From: a virus
Lineage: Duplodnaviria; Caudoviricetes
Virus record (IMG/VR): IMGVR_UViG_3300048854_000041
Coordinates: 1 to 35,232 of that record
Length of the DNA: 35,232 bases
Reading direction: 5' to 3' (one strand)
Part shown: piece by piece, positions 16,480 through 26,075 of the stretch
How positions within the stretch are numbered: position 1 is the stretch's first letter
Layout: each line of letters begins with the position of its first letter
Position numbers and translations under genes: made by a program
Notes under the pieces: generated by a model
What the model saw: only the letters and a program-made list of their open reading frames with translations
Databases searched by the model: none
What the model was told of the DNA's origin: nothing

Positions 16480-17910
16480 GTGAGTAAATTCGGCTTCATC
16501 GGACCGTCTTACACGGCCAAATCTAATGTTGTCGCGGACGAGGAATGCATCAACTTCTTCGCTGAGACTAATGAGACGCCAGGAGCACAGACACAGCGCT
16601 CCTACTTCGGTACGCCAGGCCTTTCAGTATTCACAACCTTTGCATCGGGCGCTGCACGAGGTCAATGCTGGACTGGCAGCCGGTACTTTGTTGTAGCCGG
16701 TAACCTGCTGGTGGAAGTAACCGCAGATGGTACACAGACCTCTTGGGGTGAGGTTGGCAACGATGGCGCTACCGCCTCAATTGCGGCCTCCAACATCCAA
16801 CTATTGATCATCTCGAATGGCCGTGCCTTCTGCTTTACGCTGGCAACAAATATTTTGCAGGAAGTGACCCCAGACCTCGCAGGAATCCCGAAGCAGGCAG
16901 AGTATTCAGATGGTTATTTCATCGTCTGCTTTGAAGACAGCAACAAGTTTCAGATGTCGGACATTCTCGATGGCACGACATGGCCGGGTATTCAGGTCAA
17001 CGGTGTATCGGTTTTCGCAGAGAACATCGTAGGCATCATCGTTAGCCATAGAGAACTGTGGGTATTCGGAAGTCAGCATGCACAGCCTTATCAGAACACC
17101 GGATCTGATGAGATCTTCGATGTAATCCCCGGCGCGTTGATTGATACCGGCTTGATATCTACCTTCGGGCGCAATCTTGTAGACAACACGATCTTTTGGG
17201 TAAGCCAGGATCTGCGCGGAGCTCGGCAGGCATGGCGTGCCAGCGGGTATACACCGCAGCGCATATCGACCCATGCAGTAGAAACAGCCCTCACCTCTTA
17301 CGCGAACGTTGACCAATTAGTAAGTTACGCCTATCAGGATGGCGGACACCTCTTCTGGGTGCTTTATGTTCCCAATGCGGATTGCACATGGGTATATGAC
17401 GTAGCGGAAAACCTCTGGCACAAGCGTGCAGAGTGGCATCAGAACACCGCAAGATGGTCACCACACCGCAGCTGGAACCATACTTATGCGTTCGGCAAGC
17501 ATTTAGTGGGAGATTGGCAGACCGGCAGTCTCTATGAAATGAACCTCAGCTTCCTCGACGACAACGGAACGCTCATTCGCAGGCTTCGCAGGTCGCCAAC
17601 CATCGTCAACGAGATGAATTTCATCCCTCACTCGAGGATCACGGTTGACTTTGCCACAGGCCTTGGACCACAGCCTCCGCTTCTGGATGGAGACGGAAAT
17701 CCTCGGGCTCCACAGGCTATGCTGCGCTGGAGCGATGACCGCGGCTATACATGGTCCAACGAACACGTGACAGATTGCGGGATGGCTGGGCAGTTCAACG
17801 CAAGGGCCTTCTGGGTTCGTCTTGGGCGCTCGCGATACAGGGTTTACGAGCTGAGCGTTACTGATCCCATAGCCTGGACCATCGTTGACGCTTATTTGGA
17901 TGCCGCCTGA
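16480..17910 (+). CDS. Tail hub / DNA stabilisation protein, P22 gp10-like
   Basis: Beta-propeller-like, RISTHAVE, WSDDRGYTWS, W.RLG.SR.RV...V.DP. Confidence 0.85.
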   Translation: MSKFGFIGPSYTAKSNVVADEECINFFAETNETPGAQTQRSYFGTPGLSVFTTFASGAARGQCWTGSRYFVVAGNLLVEVTADGTQTSWGEVGNDGATASIAASNIQLLIISNGRAFCFTLATNILQEVTPDLAGIPKQAEYSDGYFIVCFEDSNKFQMSDILDGTTWPGIQVNGVSVFAENIVGIIVSHRELWVFGSQHAQPYQNTGSDEIFDVIPGALIDTGLISTFGRNLVDNTIFWVSQDLRGARQAWRASGYTPQRISTHAVETALTSYANVDQLVSYAYQDGGHLFWVLYVPNADCTWVYDVAENLWHKRAEWHQNTARWSPHRSWNHTYAFGKHLVGDWQTGSLYEMNLSFLDDNGTLIRRLRRSPTIVNEMNFIPHSRITVDFATGLGPQPPLLDGDGNPRAPQAMLRWSDDRGYTWSNEHVTDCGMAGQFNARAFWVRLGRSRYRVYELSVTDPIAWTIVDAYLDAA

Positions 17911-19112
17911 TGTCATCTCTCGGTTCTGTCGTATCCAGCACAACACCAAATGGCCGGCTCATCGATAGCGATGGGAAAGCCACCTTCCCCTTCATCAAGT
18001 GGATGCAGGGCGTGGGCGCTACGGTAAACGGTGCGTTCGATGCTGCAGGAAACTATCAAGGTCCAATTGGTGCACAGGCCACGATCAATGGCCGCGCAAC
18101 CCTTGCCAGTATCGTAAGCCGTATTGATACAGATGGTGTCGTTCTCGCATCTGGCATCGACTTTTCCCGAGCCTATATCAATAAGGACACTGACCACATT
18201 GATGATGGCACTGGGAGCCCTCTAGCGGGCGGCAAGGTAGCCTTTTCGGCATTGGTGGCCTCAATACCAACTGCGGGGCAAACCATCCGCTTCAATGGAA
18301 CTAACTGGCTGCCTGTGTTCATCGCTTTGACTCAGGCCGCTGCCCCTAGTCGTTGGCTGAATAGCTATAACGCCGCGACGGGAGTCTTTACAGCCTCACA
18401 ACCGGCATTCTCAGACATTTCGGGGGCTGCCACTTCTGCTCAGTTACCGGCTGATATTGCATATAAAAGCCAGCCCAATACGTTCACGCAGCCGCAGACC
18501 GTCAATTCAACGTTTCTCGCTACCGGATCGGCCTATTTAGCCACAGATGTACTTGTCGGTGCTTCGGCGATCAATACTGCGAACTCGACGCGCATCAGCC
18601 TTAGCGGAGGTGTCTGTTTTGTAGACACGTTCGGCCCTGACCCTTCGACACAGGGTGAAGTATTTGTCCGAACGGTTACGAGCGATGGATCATCGACGAA
18701 TGCTCCTGTACATATAACCCCTGGCGGACTTGCAGTAACTGGAAACTTGTCCGCTACTGGAGCGAAATCTTTCCGCGTTCCGCATCCCCTGGACGACACA
18801 AAAGACCTCTGGCACGCCTGCCTTGAAGGTCCGGAAAATGGTGTTTATTACCGCGGGGAAGTGAAGACGGAGAACGGCAGCGCAGAAGTTGTTTTGCCGG
18901 ATTACTTTGAAGCCCTGACCTATGCGGAAGATCGCAGCGTGCAGCTCACTCAGGTCTTCGAGGGCGAATTTTCCATGCTCGCATCATCGCGTGTGGTGGA
19001 TGGAAAGTTTCAGATACGGTCTTCGGAGTCATCCGCAATTGTGGCTTGGGAAGTAAAAGCGGTACGGCGCATTGGCGTGGACAGGTTACAGGTGGAGCAG
19101 GAGAAAGTATGA
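17910..19112 (+). CDS. Tail needle/fiber (gp26 position) with C-terminal chaperone-like domain
   Basis: Position after gp10; K.F.VPHPLD....L.HACLEGPE.GVYYRG...LPDYF C-terminus seen on phage fibers. Confidence 0.6.
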   Translation: MSSLGSVVSSTTPNGRLIDSDGKATFPFIKWMQGVGATVNGAFDAAGNYQGPIGAQATINGRATLASIVSRIDTDGVVLASGIDFSRAYINKDTDHIDDGTGSPLAGGKVAFSALVASIPTAGQTIRFNGTNWLPVFIALTQAAAPSRWLNSYNAATGVFTASQPAFSDISGAATSAQLPADIAYKSQPNTFTQPQTVNSTFLATGSAYLATDVLVGASAINTANSTRISLSGGVCFVDTFGPDPSTQGEVFVRTVTSDGSSTNAPVHITPGGLAVTGNLSATGAKSFRVPHPLDDTKDLWHACLEGPENGVYYRGEVKTENGSAEVVLPDYFEALTYAEDRSVQLTQVFEGEFSMLASSRVVDGKFQIRSSESSAIVAWEVKAVRRIGVDRLQVEQEKV

Positions 19113-19297
19113 CGATTGAGCAGGTGGTTGGAATCGTAGAAGAGCAGACCGGACAGAAAGTATCGTCCGACACCGAACTAAGCGAGTTGGGCCTAGACTC
19201 ACTCGAGTTTCTTAGCCTGTTGGTGGAAATCGGCATACCTGATGCCGTCGCGCCACGAATTCACACTGTCAACGATCTGTTCCTGGCGGCTCAGTGA
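19109..19297 (+). CDS. Acyl carrier protein (62 aa)
   Basis: ELGLDSLEFLSLL phosphopantetheine-site motif, acidic, C-terminal IHTVNDL; coupled on both sides. Confidence 0.75.
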   Translation: MTIEQVVGIVEEQTGQKVSSDTELSELGLDSLEFLSLLVEIGIPDAVAPRIHTVNDLFLAAQ

Positions 19298-19746
19298 TCA
19301 AGTTTCAAGTTGAAAAGTGGGCGGACAGCGTTGTAGAGATGCGCGAGATTTGGCCGGAGCACTGGGCCTCCCTTGCACTCAATCAGGACGAAATAAAGCT
19401 CTCCTGCGATGAGGAGAAGTATGAGCAGGGCGAGGCAGCGGGGAATCTCATCATTATTACCGCTCGCGCTGAAGGTGTTCTGGTTGGCTACTACTACGGA
19501 ATGCTGCTGAATCACCTGCATTACAAAGACGCGGGGCTAATGTGCTACACGGACGTGTATTACCTGAAGCCCGAACATCGCAAGGGTGGCGCAGGTGCAA
19601 AGTTCATGCTGGCAATCCAGCAAATTCTAAAGTTTCGCGGCGTGGTGAAGCTCTACATGTCCACCAAGGTCCATCAGGACAACGGCGCACTGTTCGAGCG
19701 GCTCGGCATGAAACTGAGTGACCGCGTTTTTACCAAGATGCTCTAA
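19294..19746 (+). CDS. GNAT-family acyl/acetyltransferase
   Basis: YYLKPEHRKGGAG motif A; LFERLG; position equivalent to P22 gp14/T7 gp13. Confidence 0.8.
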   Translation: MIKFQVEKWADSVVEMREIWPEHWASLALNQDEIKLSCDEEKYEQGEAAGNLIIITARAEGVLVGYYYGMLLNHLHYKDAGLMCYTDVYYLKPEHRKGGAGAKFMLAIQQILKFRGVVKLYMSTKVHQDNGALFERLGMKLSDRVFTKML

Positions 19747-19755
19747 GGAGATGGC

Positions 19756-20586
19756 ATGGGAATAGGCACAGGCACAGCAGCACTAATCGGAACCGTCGCG
19801 TCTGCGGGTGCAGGTGTCGCTGGATCTGCGATTGCGGCCAACTCTGCAGGGAAGGCTGCCGATGCGCAGACTCAGGCGGCGAATCATGCTGCAGACCTTC
19901 AGTATCAGGCATCTCAGCAAGCACTAGACTTCCAGAAGCAGCAGTACAACACATCGCAGCAGCAGATTGCACCATGGCTGCAGGCTGGACAGGGCGCACT
20001 CTCGCAGTTGACTGCCGGGACCAACCCGGGCGGGTCACTCGTCACTCCTTATTCGGGCTCATTCCAAGCACCAACTGGCCTCAGCGAGCAGAACGACCCC
20101 GGATATCAGGCACGGCTCAAGCTCGGCACGGACGCTTTGCAGAAGTCTGCGGCAGCGCGTGGCAGCGTGCTTACAGGTGGAACGGCAAAGGCCCTAGATA
20201 CTTATGCGCAAGACTATGCCTCGAACGAGTATGGCAACGTCTATAACCGCGCCCTGACTGATTACACGACCAAGTACAACGCCTACAACACGGATCAAGC
20301 GAATCAATACAACCGTCTTGCATCACTCGCCGGTGTTGGTCAGCAGGCCGCGGGGCAACTCGCAACTTCTGGCCAGGCCGCCTCGAACAATGTGAGCAGT
20401 AACCTACTCAACACCGCTCAGAACATGGGCCAGGATTACAACAATGCTGGCGCGGCAACCGCCTCGGGCTATGTGGGCGCCGGTAACGCATGGAGCAATG
20501 GACTTAGTGGCGTTGGCAACAACATATCTAATCTCGCACTGCTAAGCAGTCTCAACGGCGGTCGATACACGGTTCCGGGGGCATAA
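19756..20586 (+). CDS. DNA ejection (pilot) protein, P22 gp7-like
   Basis: Gly/Ala-rich hydrophobic N-terminus, PGYQ.RL..G, SAAARG..L.G.T.KAL..YAQ.YAS.EY, YNRLASLAG.GQ.A. Confidence 0.8.
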   Translation: MGIGTGTAALIGTVASAGAGVAGSAIAANSAGKAADAQTQAANHAADLQYQASQQALDFQKQQYNTSQQQIAPWLQAGQGALSQLTAGTNPGGSLVTPYSGSFQAPTGLSEQNDPGYQARLKLGTDALQKSAAARGSVLTGGTAKALDTYAQDYASNEYGNVYNRALTDYTTKYNAYNTDQANQYNRLASLAGVGQQAAGQLATSGQAASNNVSSNLLNTAQNMGQDYNNAGAATASGYVGAGNAWSNGLSGVGNNISNLALLSSLNGGRYTVPGA

Positions 20587-20587
20587 A

Positions 20588-22033
20588 TTGGCAACCATTC
20601 CTCTTGTAGCTCTAAACGCGAAGGCACCACAGCAAGAAGACTCACTGCAGAAGTTCGGGCAGTTGCAGCAGCTCAAAGCATTGCAGCAGCAGAGCCAGTT
20701 GCAGCAGCAGGAGGCACCTCTACGTCTTCAGGCTCTTCAGCAGCAGACCCAGACTGGACAGGTTAACCTTCAGCAAGCACAGCAGGCCCAGAAGGACTCG
20801 CAAGCGGTCACTGCGGCCATGCAGCAATATGACGGCAAAGATATCAACCAGCTTGCCCCACTCGTCCTGAAGAATGGCGGATCAGCACAGGCTGTTTTTG
20901 GGATCAAGAAGCAGATTCAGGAACAGCAGCAGGCAGCCGCAACCACATTCAAGGCGCAGGCCGATGCAGGCAAGGCGATCGTGGAGACGGCCAAGCAGAA
21001 GAACGACATGGTGAGCGGAGCCCTCGCCCCGCTTCTTGACCCGGCACAGGTTCCCGATGCGCAGCTTCCGCAGGCCGCGGGTCAGATTGTGCAGCAGTTG
21101 ACGCAGCAGGGCCTACTTGACCAGCCGTCCGCTCAGAAGGCAATGCAGCTCGTCCAGTCTGGCGACCCCAACGCTATCCGGCAAGGTGTGAATCAGTTCT
21201 CCAAGACGCTTTTGACGCACACGCAGATACTCGACCAAGCGCACAAGGAAGCGCAGGAAGCCAACGACAAGGCCATGCGCGAGCAGGCCGCGGCGAATGC
21301 CGAAGAGACTAAGCGTTATCACGATGTGGAGGCCAAGCAGCGCCAGCAGCAACTAGGTATTGAAGGCGGAAGGCTGGCAGTAGAAAAGCAGCGCGTAGCT
21401 CTGCAAAAGGGAGACCCGCAGGCGGCAGCTAGGCTCTTAGTTGACCACGATGCCACATTGTCTGAACTCAAGGCTCGCGGATCTACGCCAGAGTTCATCG
21501 CGCAAACCCTGAAGGCGGCGCATGAAATGTCGGGTGGGAAATACAACGCGCAGGCCGCAGATGCGGAGTTCTCTGTAGCCAAGTCGCCAGCGAATGTAGC
21601 TTTCTTCGGCTCTGCCAAGTCACTCACCGACCCGGGCGGAACGTTAGACCAATTGGCGGCAGTGGGCAAGACGATCCCTGGCAACAAGATTCCGGCTTTC
21701 AACTCCATCTCGGATTGGGAGAAGGCTGCGACTGGAAACGGACCCTTAGCGAAGTATGCATCGACAGCACTCGGTGTAGCAGACGACTATGCCAAGGTTA
21801 TGGGAGGTGGGCAGGGAAGCGATACATCACGCCTTCAGGCCCTCAACCTCATCAAGTCAAACGCAAGCCCGGAGGCGCGTGCGGGAGCCCTTGAAGGTAT
21901 CCGTGGGGCGGTTGTATCTCAGACCAAATCTCGCATTGGCAAGAATCCAGTGCTGGGAAGAATGTATGGCGATGAAGAGCCGGCAGCGGCAAGCGGCGGT
22001 TTCGATTGGAACGCTCACCCGGTGGCTAAATAA
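20588..22033 (+). CDS. DNA ejection protein (gp20 position)
   Basis: Gln/Ala-rich helical protein, second in the ejection cluster. Confidence 0.6.
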   Translation: MATIPLVALNAKAPQQEDSLQKFGQLQQLKALQQQSQLQQQEAPLRLQALQQQTQTGQVNLQQAQQAQKDSQAVTAAMQQYDGKDINQLAPLVLKNGGSAQAVFGIKKQIQEQQQAAATTFKAQADAGKAIVETAKQKNDMVSGALAPLLDPAQVPDAQLPQAAGQIVQQLTQQGLLDQPSAQKAMQLVQSGDPNAIRQGVNQFSKTLLTHTQILDQAHKEAQEANDKAMREQAAANAEETKRYHDVEAKQRQQQLGIEGGRLAVEKQRVALQKGDPQAAARLLVDHDATLSELKARGSTPEFIAQTLKAAHEMSGGKYNAQAADAEFSVAKSPANVAFFGSAKSLTDPGGTLDQLAAVGKTIPGNKIPAFNSISDWEKAATGNGPLAKYASTALGVADDYAKVMGGGQGSDTSRLQALNLIKSNASPEARAGALEGIRGAVVSQTKSRIGKNPVLGRMYGDEEPAAASGGFDWNAHPVAK

Positions 22034-23508
22034 TGCCTGTCACTCTACTTGATCCCCAAGGACAGCCCCGCGAGATTCCCGACGACCAGGTGCAGGCTGC
22101 TATCGCTGCAGGTGGTAAGAGGGCTCTCAAGATCACCGACCCCAAAGGAACCCTGCGATGGATACCGGAGGACCAAAAAGATTCGGCATTGCAGGCTGGA
22201 GGCAAGCTGGCGGATTCAGGACCCGCACCAGACACGCGCAGCCTATTCCAGAAGGCCAAGGATAACTTCAACGCTGCCACGCAAGGCGCTAAGCCCGGCG
22301 ATTCTCCGGTAAAAGCATTCGTCGAAAACGTTGGTCAGGGAGGGGGGCAGGCAATTCGATCCCTCGCGCACCCTATCGACTCTGCAATATCGATGGCCAC
22401 TGCTTTATCTCATCCTCTTGATTCGGCCCATGAAGAGGTGAACGCACTCTATGCAGACCCCAACCGATTTATCGGAAATGCTGTCGGTCAATTGGGCGCC
22501 GGCGCAATTATGGGAGAGATAGGCGGCAAAGTTCTCAGGCCAGCAGAGACCGTAGCCAAGAAGGCTGGAGAGAAGGCTGTACTGCTGGGCAAAACCCCAG
22601 AGGGTGCCTATGAGAGCGCCCTGAAGCCATCTCCGGCCTCATACTCTCAGGCTGAACGTGAGGCCTTCGTGAAGACCGGATTAGAAAAAAACATTCCAGT
22701 GTCCAAGGGTGGATTCCAGAAGATTGGTAAGCAAATCGAAACCCTGAACCAGGCGATCAAAGATGAGGTTGCCTCTGACCCAACCCGTCCAATCGATCCG
22801 AATAAGGTGGCGACCCGCGCAGATCAGGCAAAAGCTAAATTCGCGGAGCAAGTAAACAAAAGATCTGATTTGAAGGCCATCGAGGCCTCCAAGGATGAGT
22901 TTTTGGAGGATCAGGGTAGAACACAGGGCACGCCCGCACAGCCTACGGGTCTGCTGGATGCGCAAGGTAATCCGATCATGCGTCCAGCGCAGCCGTCACA
23001 ACCGGCACCGGCAATGAACGCATCCGATGCCCAAGCCATGAAGCAGGGTACCTATCGCGTCCTGAAAGGTAAATTCGGAGAACAGGGTAGCGCATCCGTT
23101 GAAGCGCAGAAGGCATTGGCTCGCGGATTGAAGGAAGAGATCGCCTCGCAATTCCCCGAAATAGCCAAACTCAACGCCGATGAGTCCCGTTTGCTCGACC
23201 TGCAGCCCGTTCTGGAGCGTGCAGTCAACCGCATCTCAAACCACCAGGCAATTGGCATAGGTACGCCGGTGGCGGGTGCGGCAGTCAAGGCTGTAACGAA
23301 TAGTAATTGGGTTTCGGGGGTAGCCAGTGTGCTCAAGGGAGTGCTTGACAATAACAACGTCAAGTCCCGGCTGGCCATTGCAATTAGTAAGTCTTCAAAG
23401 ATCCCGATTTCTGAGGCAAAGGCGAGGGTTCAGGCCTATTCCGTATCTCTTGGATCCACTGCTGCAGCTTCTCAGGGCGACAGTCCCGACGACACTCCCA
23501 GTCAATAA
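22033..23508 (+). CDS. DNA ejection protein (gp16 position)
   Basis: Ala-rich helical protein, third in the ejection cluster; TAATG coupling. Confidence 0.6.
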   Translation: MPVTLLDPQGQPREIPDDQVQAAIAAGGKRALKITDPKGTLRWIPEDQKDSALQAGGKLADSGPAPDTRSLFQKAKDNFNAATQGAKPGDSPVKAFVENVGQGGGQAIRSLAHPIDSAISMATALSHPLDSAHEEVNALYADPNRFIGNAVGQLGAGAIMGEIGGKVLRPAETVAKKAGEKAVLLGKTPEGAYESALKPSPASYSQAEREAFVKTGLEKNIPVSKGGFQKIGKQIETLNQAIKDEVASDPTRPIDPNKVATRADQAKAKFAEQVNKRSDLKAIEASKDEFLEDQGRTQGTPAQPTGLLDAQGNPIMRPAQPSQPAPAMNASDAQAMKQGTYRVLKGKFGEQGSASVEAQKALARGLKEEIASQFPEIAKLNADESRLLDLQPVLERAVNRISNHQAIGIGTPVAGAAVKAVTNSNWVSGVASVLKGVLDNNNVKSRLAIAISKSSKIPISEAKARVQAYSVSLGSTAAASQGDSPDDTPSQ

Positions 23509-23572
23509 GCCACTCCGCTATCTTGACGGCAATGTAGGCAAATGCATAGCCGATGATGATCGTTTCTAGCAT
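23384..23572 (-). CDS. Possible small antisense membrane protein
   Basis: N-terminal TM helix IIIGYAFAYIAVKIAEWLI; overlaps the 3' end of the ejection gene. Confidence 0.3.
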   Translation of the reverse strand: MLETIIIGYAFAYIAVKIAEWLIDWECRRDCRPEKLQQWIQEIRNRPEPSPLPQKSGSLKTY

Positions 23573-23610
23573 TCTCCCCAAAGTTTAGCACCCAAAAGGA
23601 AAAATCTCTC

Positions 23611-25116
23611 ATGAAACTACGGCTTTCGATAGCTGTTGCGATGTTGTGCGTCCCGAGTCTGGCCCAGGTTCCCGTTGCTCCGATACTTCAGCCTCACCAG
23701 ACCTACGTTGACCAGTCGGGAGCTCCTTGCGCTGGGTGCAGCTTCTATTCCTACATCGCAGGCACGACAACGCCACAGCCCACCTATACCGATTCCACTG
23801 GCGGCGTGCAGAACACCAACCCAATCGTCCTGAATGCTCAGGGCGGAGCTAATATATGGGTCAATACGAGCCTGGCTTACAAATTCGTCCTGAAAGATGC
23901 TAGCGGTGTAAATATCTGGACCGTGGATCAAATAGGCTCGCCATCGGGCGGTGCGATTCTCGCTAATCCAACGTCATCCCAGACAATCACCCAGCCAGCG
24001 CCGACTAACTTCAGCATCAACACTTCTGGCGGTGGCAAGTTCCTCTACAACGGGCTTGAAGTCGCCACCACACCCTCGGCCAACGGTGTATATTCCTCCA
24101 ATCTGACAGTAGGGAACTCAACTACTATCCCAAGCGTAACCGATCCAGTCCTCGGATCAGTTCCGACGCGCATTGTGAGCAAGGCGGCCAGTTCTGATTC
24201 AAGCTCTAACGGCATCGCTTCGCTTGATTCAACCGGGAGACCGGTTGCACAGTTTGACGGAGCCGGAAGACTCAATCTTGACGGCTACCAGCCTGGAGGG
24301 CCAGTTATTGATCTGCGCAACTGGACTACTCTCTCTTCAGGTGATCTGATTGGTCACTATGCCTTTGGGATGAAGACGGATGCGGGGCAGGCTATTACCT
24401 CGGGTGGCGTGTTCCACATCATGAACACAAGCACGCAGGCCAATGTAAACACGCAGCTAGCGCTTAAGTTCGCCAAAGGCCTAAATGCCTCGGCCTGTGT
24501 TGGCTTCTGCCAGCCCAATGGCCTTGTTACGGTTGGCCCTACGAGTGTTGCCTTGTATGATGGCCTGTCCCTAGACTTCATCAACCAAGCTACTCTTCAG
24601 GAGATCAATGGACAGATCAACCACGTCTTCCAGTTGAGGCCGCGCGGTGCGGGCGATGGATTTACCTTCCCGAACAACAGCAACAACTGGCTTCATGTGG
24701 ATGCTGGCATGAATCTCCGCTGGATCAATGACGGAAGCAAGGCATCAATGCAGTCCGTAAATGATGCAGGCAACTCTTTTCAAGCTATGGACATTCAGGC
24801 CTCGGCACTTAGCTACAACAATGCCGAGATTTGCACGAGGGCAGGAGACAATCTATGCGGCCTGCAGCGGGTATTCATCTCGGCTTGCAGCGCGAGTGCG
24901 CTCAATACCTGCACGACAAACATCACGCTTACTCATGCATGGCCGGATACCAGCTATATGGCCACATGCAGCCCTTATAACAACCTCGCTGGTATCCCTG
25001 TTATCACCAGCATCGCTAACGTCGATGGAGGCCATTTCAATGTGGTCATCTACAACGCACACGCTACCATAGCCACGAACAGCAATCTATCTTGCCTTGT
25101 GGCACGCTTGCCCTAA
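23611..25116 (+). CDS. Tailspike/tail fiber-like protein with N-terminal signal peptide
   Basis: Y.AGTTTP..TY.D..G...NTNPIVLNAQG head-binding-type domain preceded by MKLRLSIAVAMLCVPSLA. Confidence 0.7.
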   Translation: MKLRLSIAVAMLCVPSLAQVPVAPILQPHQTYVDQSGAPCAGCSFYSYIAGTTTPQPTYTDSTGGVQNTNPIVLNAQGGANIWVNTSLAYKFVLKDASGVNIWTVDQIGSPSGGAILANPTSSQTITQPAPTNFSINTSGGGKFLYNGLEVATTPSANGVYSSNLTVGNSTTIPSVTDPVLGSVPTRIVSKAASSDSSSNGIASLDSTGRPVAQFDGAGRLNLDGYQPGGPVIDLRNWTTLSSGDLIGHYAFGMKTDAGQAITSGGVFHIMNTSTQANVNTQLALKFAKGLNASACVGFCQPNGLVTVGPTSVALYDGLSLDFINQATLQEINGQINHVFQLRPRGAGDGFTFPNNSNNWLHVDAGMNLRWINDGSKASMQSVNDAGNSFQAMDIQASALSYNNAEICTRAGDNLCGLQRVFISACSASALNTCTTNITLTHAWPDTSYMATCSPYNNLAGIPVITSIANVDGGHFNVVIYNAHATIATNSNLSCLVARLP

Positions 25117-25853
25117 TTGACCTTGGCTTCCATCATCGGCTCAATAGTTGAATAGCCTGCCGCATTTGGATGCACTCCATCTGTGGTAAGTCCATCGGCA
25201 TAATGCAAAGCCTCGGTATTGGTCAGGGCGGTATGGTAGTCCACAATCGGAACGCCTTCCTTGGCTGCGAACTGTACTAGCCAAGCATTGATCTGCACGA
25301 TTCGCTCGTACCGCGCCTGGGTCTCATCGGCGGTAGACACTCCGCAGATTGGATCAGTGGCGCATCCCCATGGCGGAATAGTACCGATAACTACTTTAAT
25401 ATTGTTACGCTTAGCTGTTTCTACCATGTAGAGCATGTTGGTGCAGATGTCGGGGGATATGGTCGGATCGAACGGCTGGCCCGGAGGCGTTGTTGCAGTG
25501 GCTGGCTTTGGTACAGGCTTGCATAACTCCCAGCCGGGATAGACGTCATTTGTGCCGGCCAGGATGTGAACTTCGTCTGGATGCAGGTCTATAACGTCAG
25601 TCTGGAACCTAGCCGCAATCTGGTTGGATCCCTCTCCGCTGACGCCTTTAGCAACCCAGTCTTTATGAGCCTGAAATGCTGGCTGCTGCCCCCACAGCAT
25701 AGTTACAGAATCACCAATGAATACGGTTACTTTAGGCGCTGGCTGGCTTGGAGTAGATGGCTGGTTTGGTGTGTTGGGCTGTGCTGTGGTGGATTGCTTT
25801 GAGACTCCGCAGGCAGTAAGTGCAAGGCAAAGAAAACAGGCGAGAAATTTCAT
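25113..25853 (-). CDS. SGNH/GDSL hydrolase lipoprotein (moron)
   Basis: MKFLACFLCLALTA-C lipobox, Pro/Gln linker, FIGDS, GVSG, AGTND, DGVHP. Confidence 0.88.
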   Translation of the reverse strand: MKFLACFLCLALTACGVSKQSTTAQPNTPNQPSTPSQPAPKVTVFIGDSVTMLWGQQPAFQAHKDWVAKGVSGEGSNQIAARFQTDVIDLHPDEVHILAGTNDVYPGWELCKPVPKPATATTPPGQPFDPTISPDICTNMLYMVETAKRNNIKVVIGTIPPWGCATDPICGVSTADETQARYERIVQINAWLVQFAAKEGVPIVDYHTALTNTEALHYADGLTTDGVHPNAAGYSTIEPMMEAKVN

Positions 25854-26035
25854 CGATACCTGTTTTACAAGACGGCTGGAATTTTGGCAGTTATACTTAA
25901 GTTGCACTGGGTGTTCTCCGTTACAGCGGATGAGCTTTGTGCGGAAGTCTCTGACAAGACAACCGCGACCAGTGCTAGTTATACATCAGTTGCGACTTAC
26001 TGCAACATATTTCTCTTACAACTTTCAGGTAACTA

Positions 26036-26060
26036 CCGCCTTTTCTGGGCGGCTTTCTAT
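26036..26060 (+). terminator. Terminator-like hairpin upstream of the second tail/receptor gene
   Basis: CCGCC/GGCGG stem followed by CTTTCTATTT. Confidence 0.35.
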
Positions 26061-26075
26061 TTCACAGGAGAAACA

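Noticed and set aside
20640-20960. CAG-rich repeats in the ejection gene (also at the portal C-terminus)
   Set aside because: Explained by Gln-rich helical protein sequence; not a DNA repeat array
9167-22965. Numerous long minus-strand and alternate-frame ORFs over structural genes
   Set aside because: Shadow ORFs of well-supported genes, without RBS or motifs
25884-26075. 64-aa N-terminal extension of the 810-aa ORF and 18-aa extension of the SGNH lipoprotein
   Set aside because: Better starts at 26076 (AGGAG RBS, signal peptide) and 25853 (lipoprotein signal); the region is a divergent intergenic spacer
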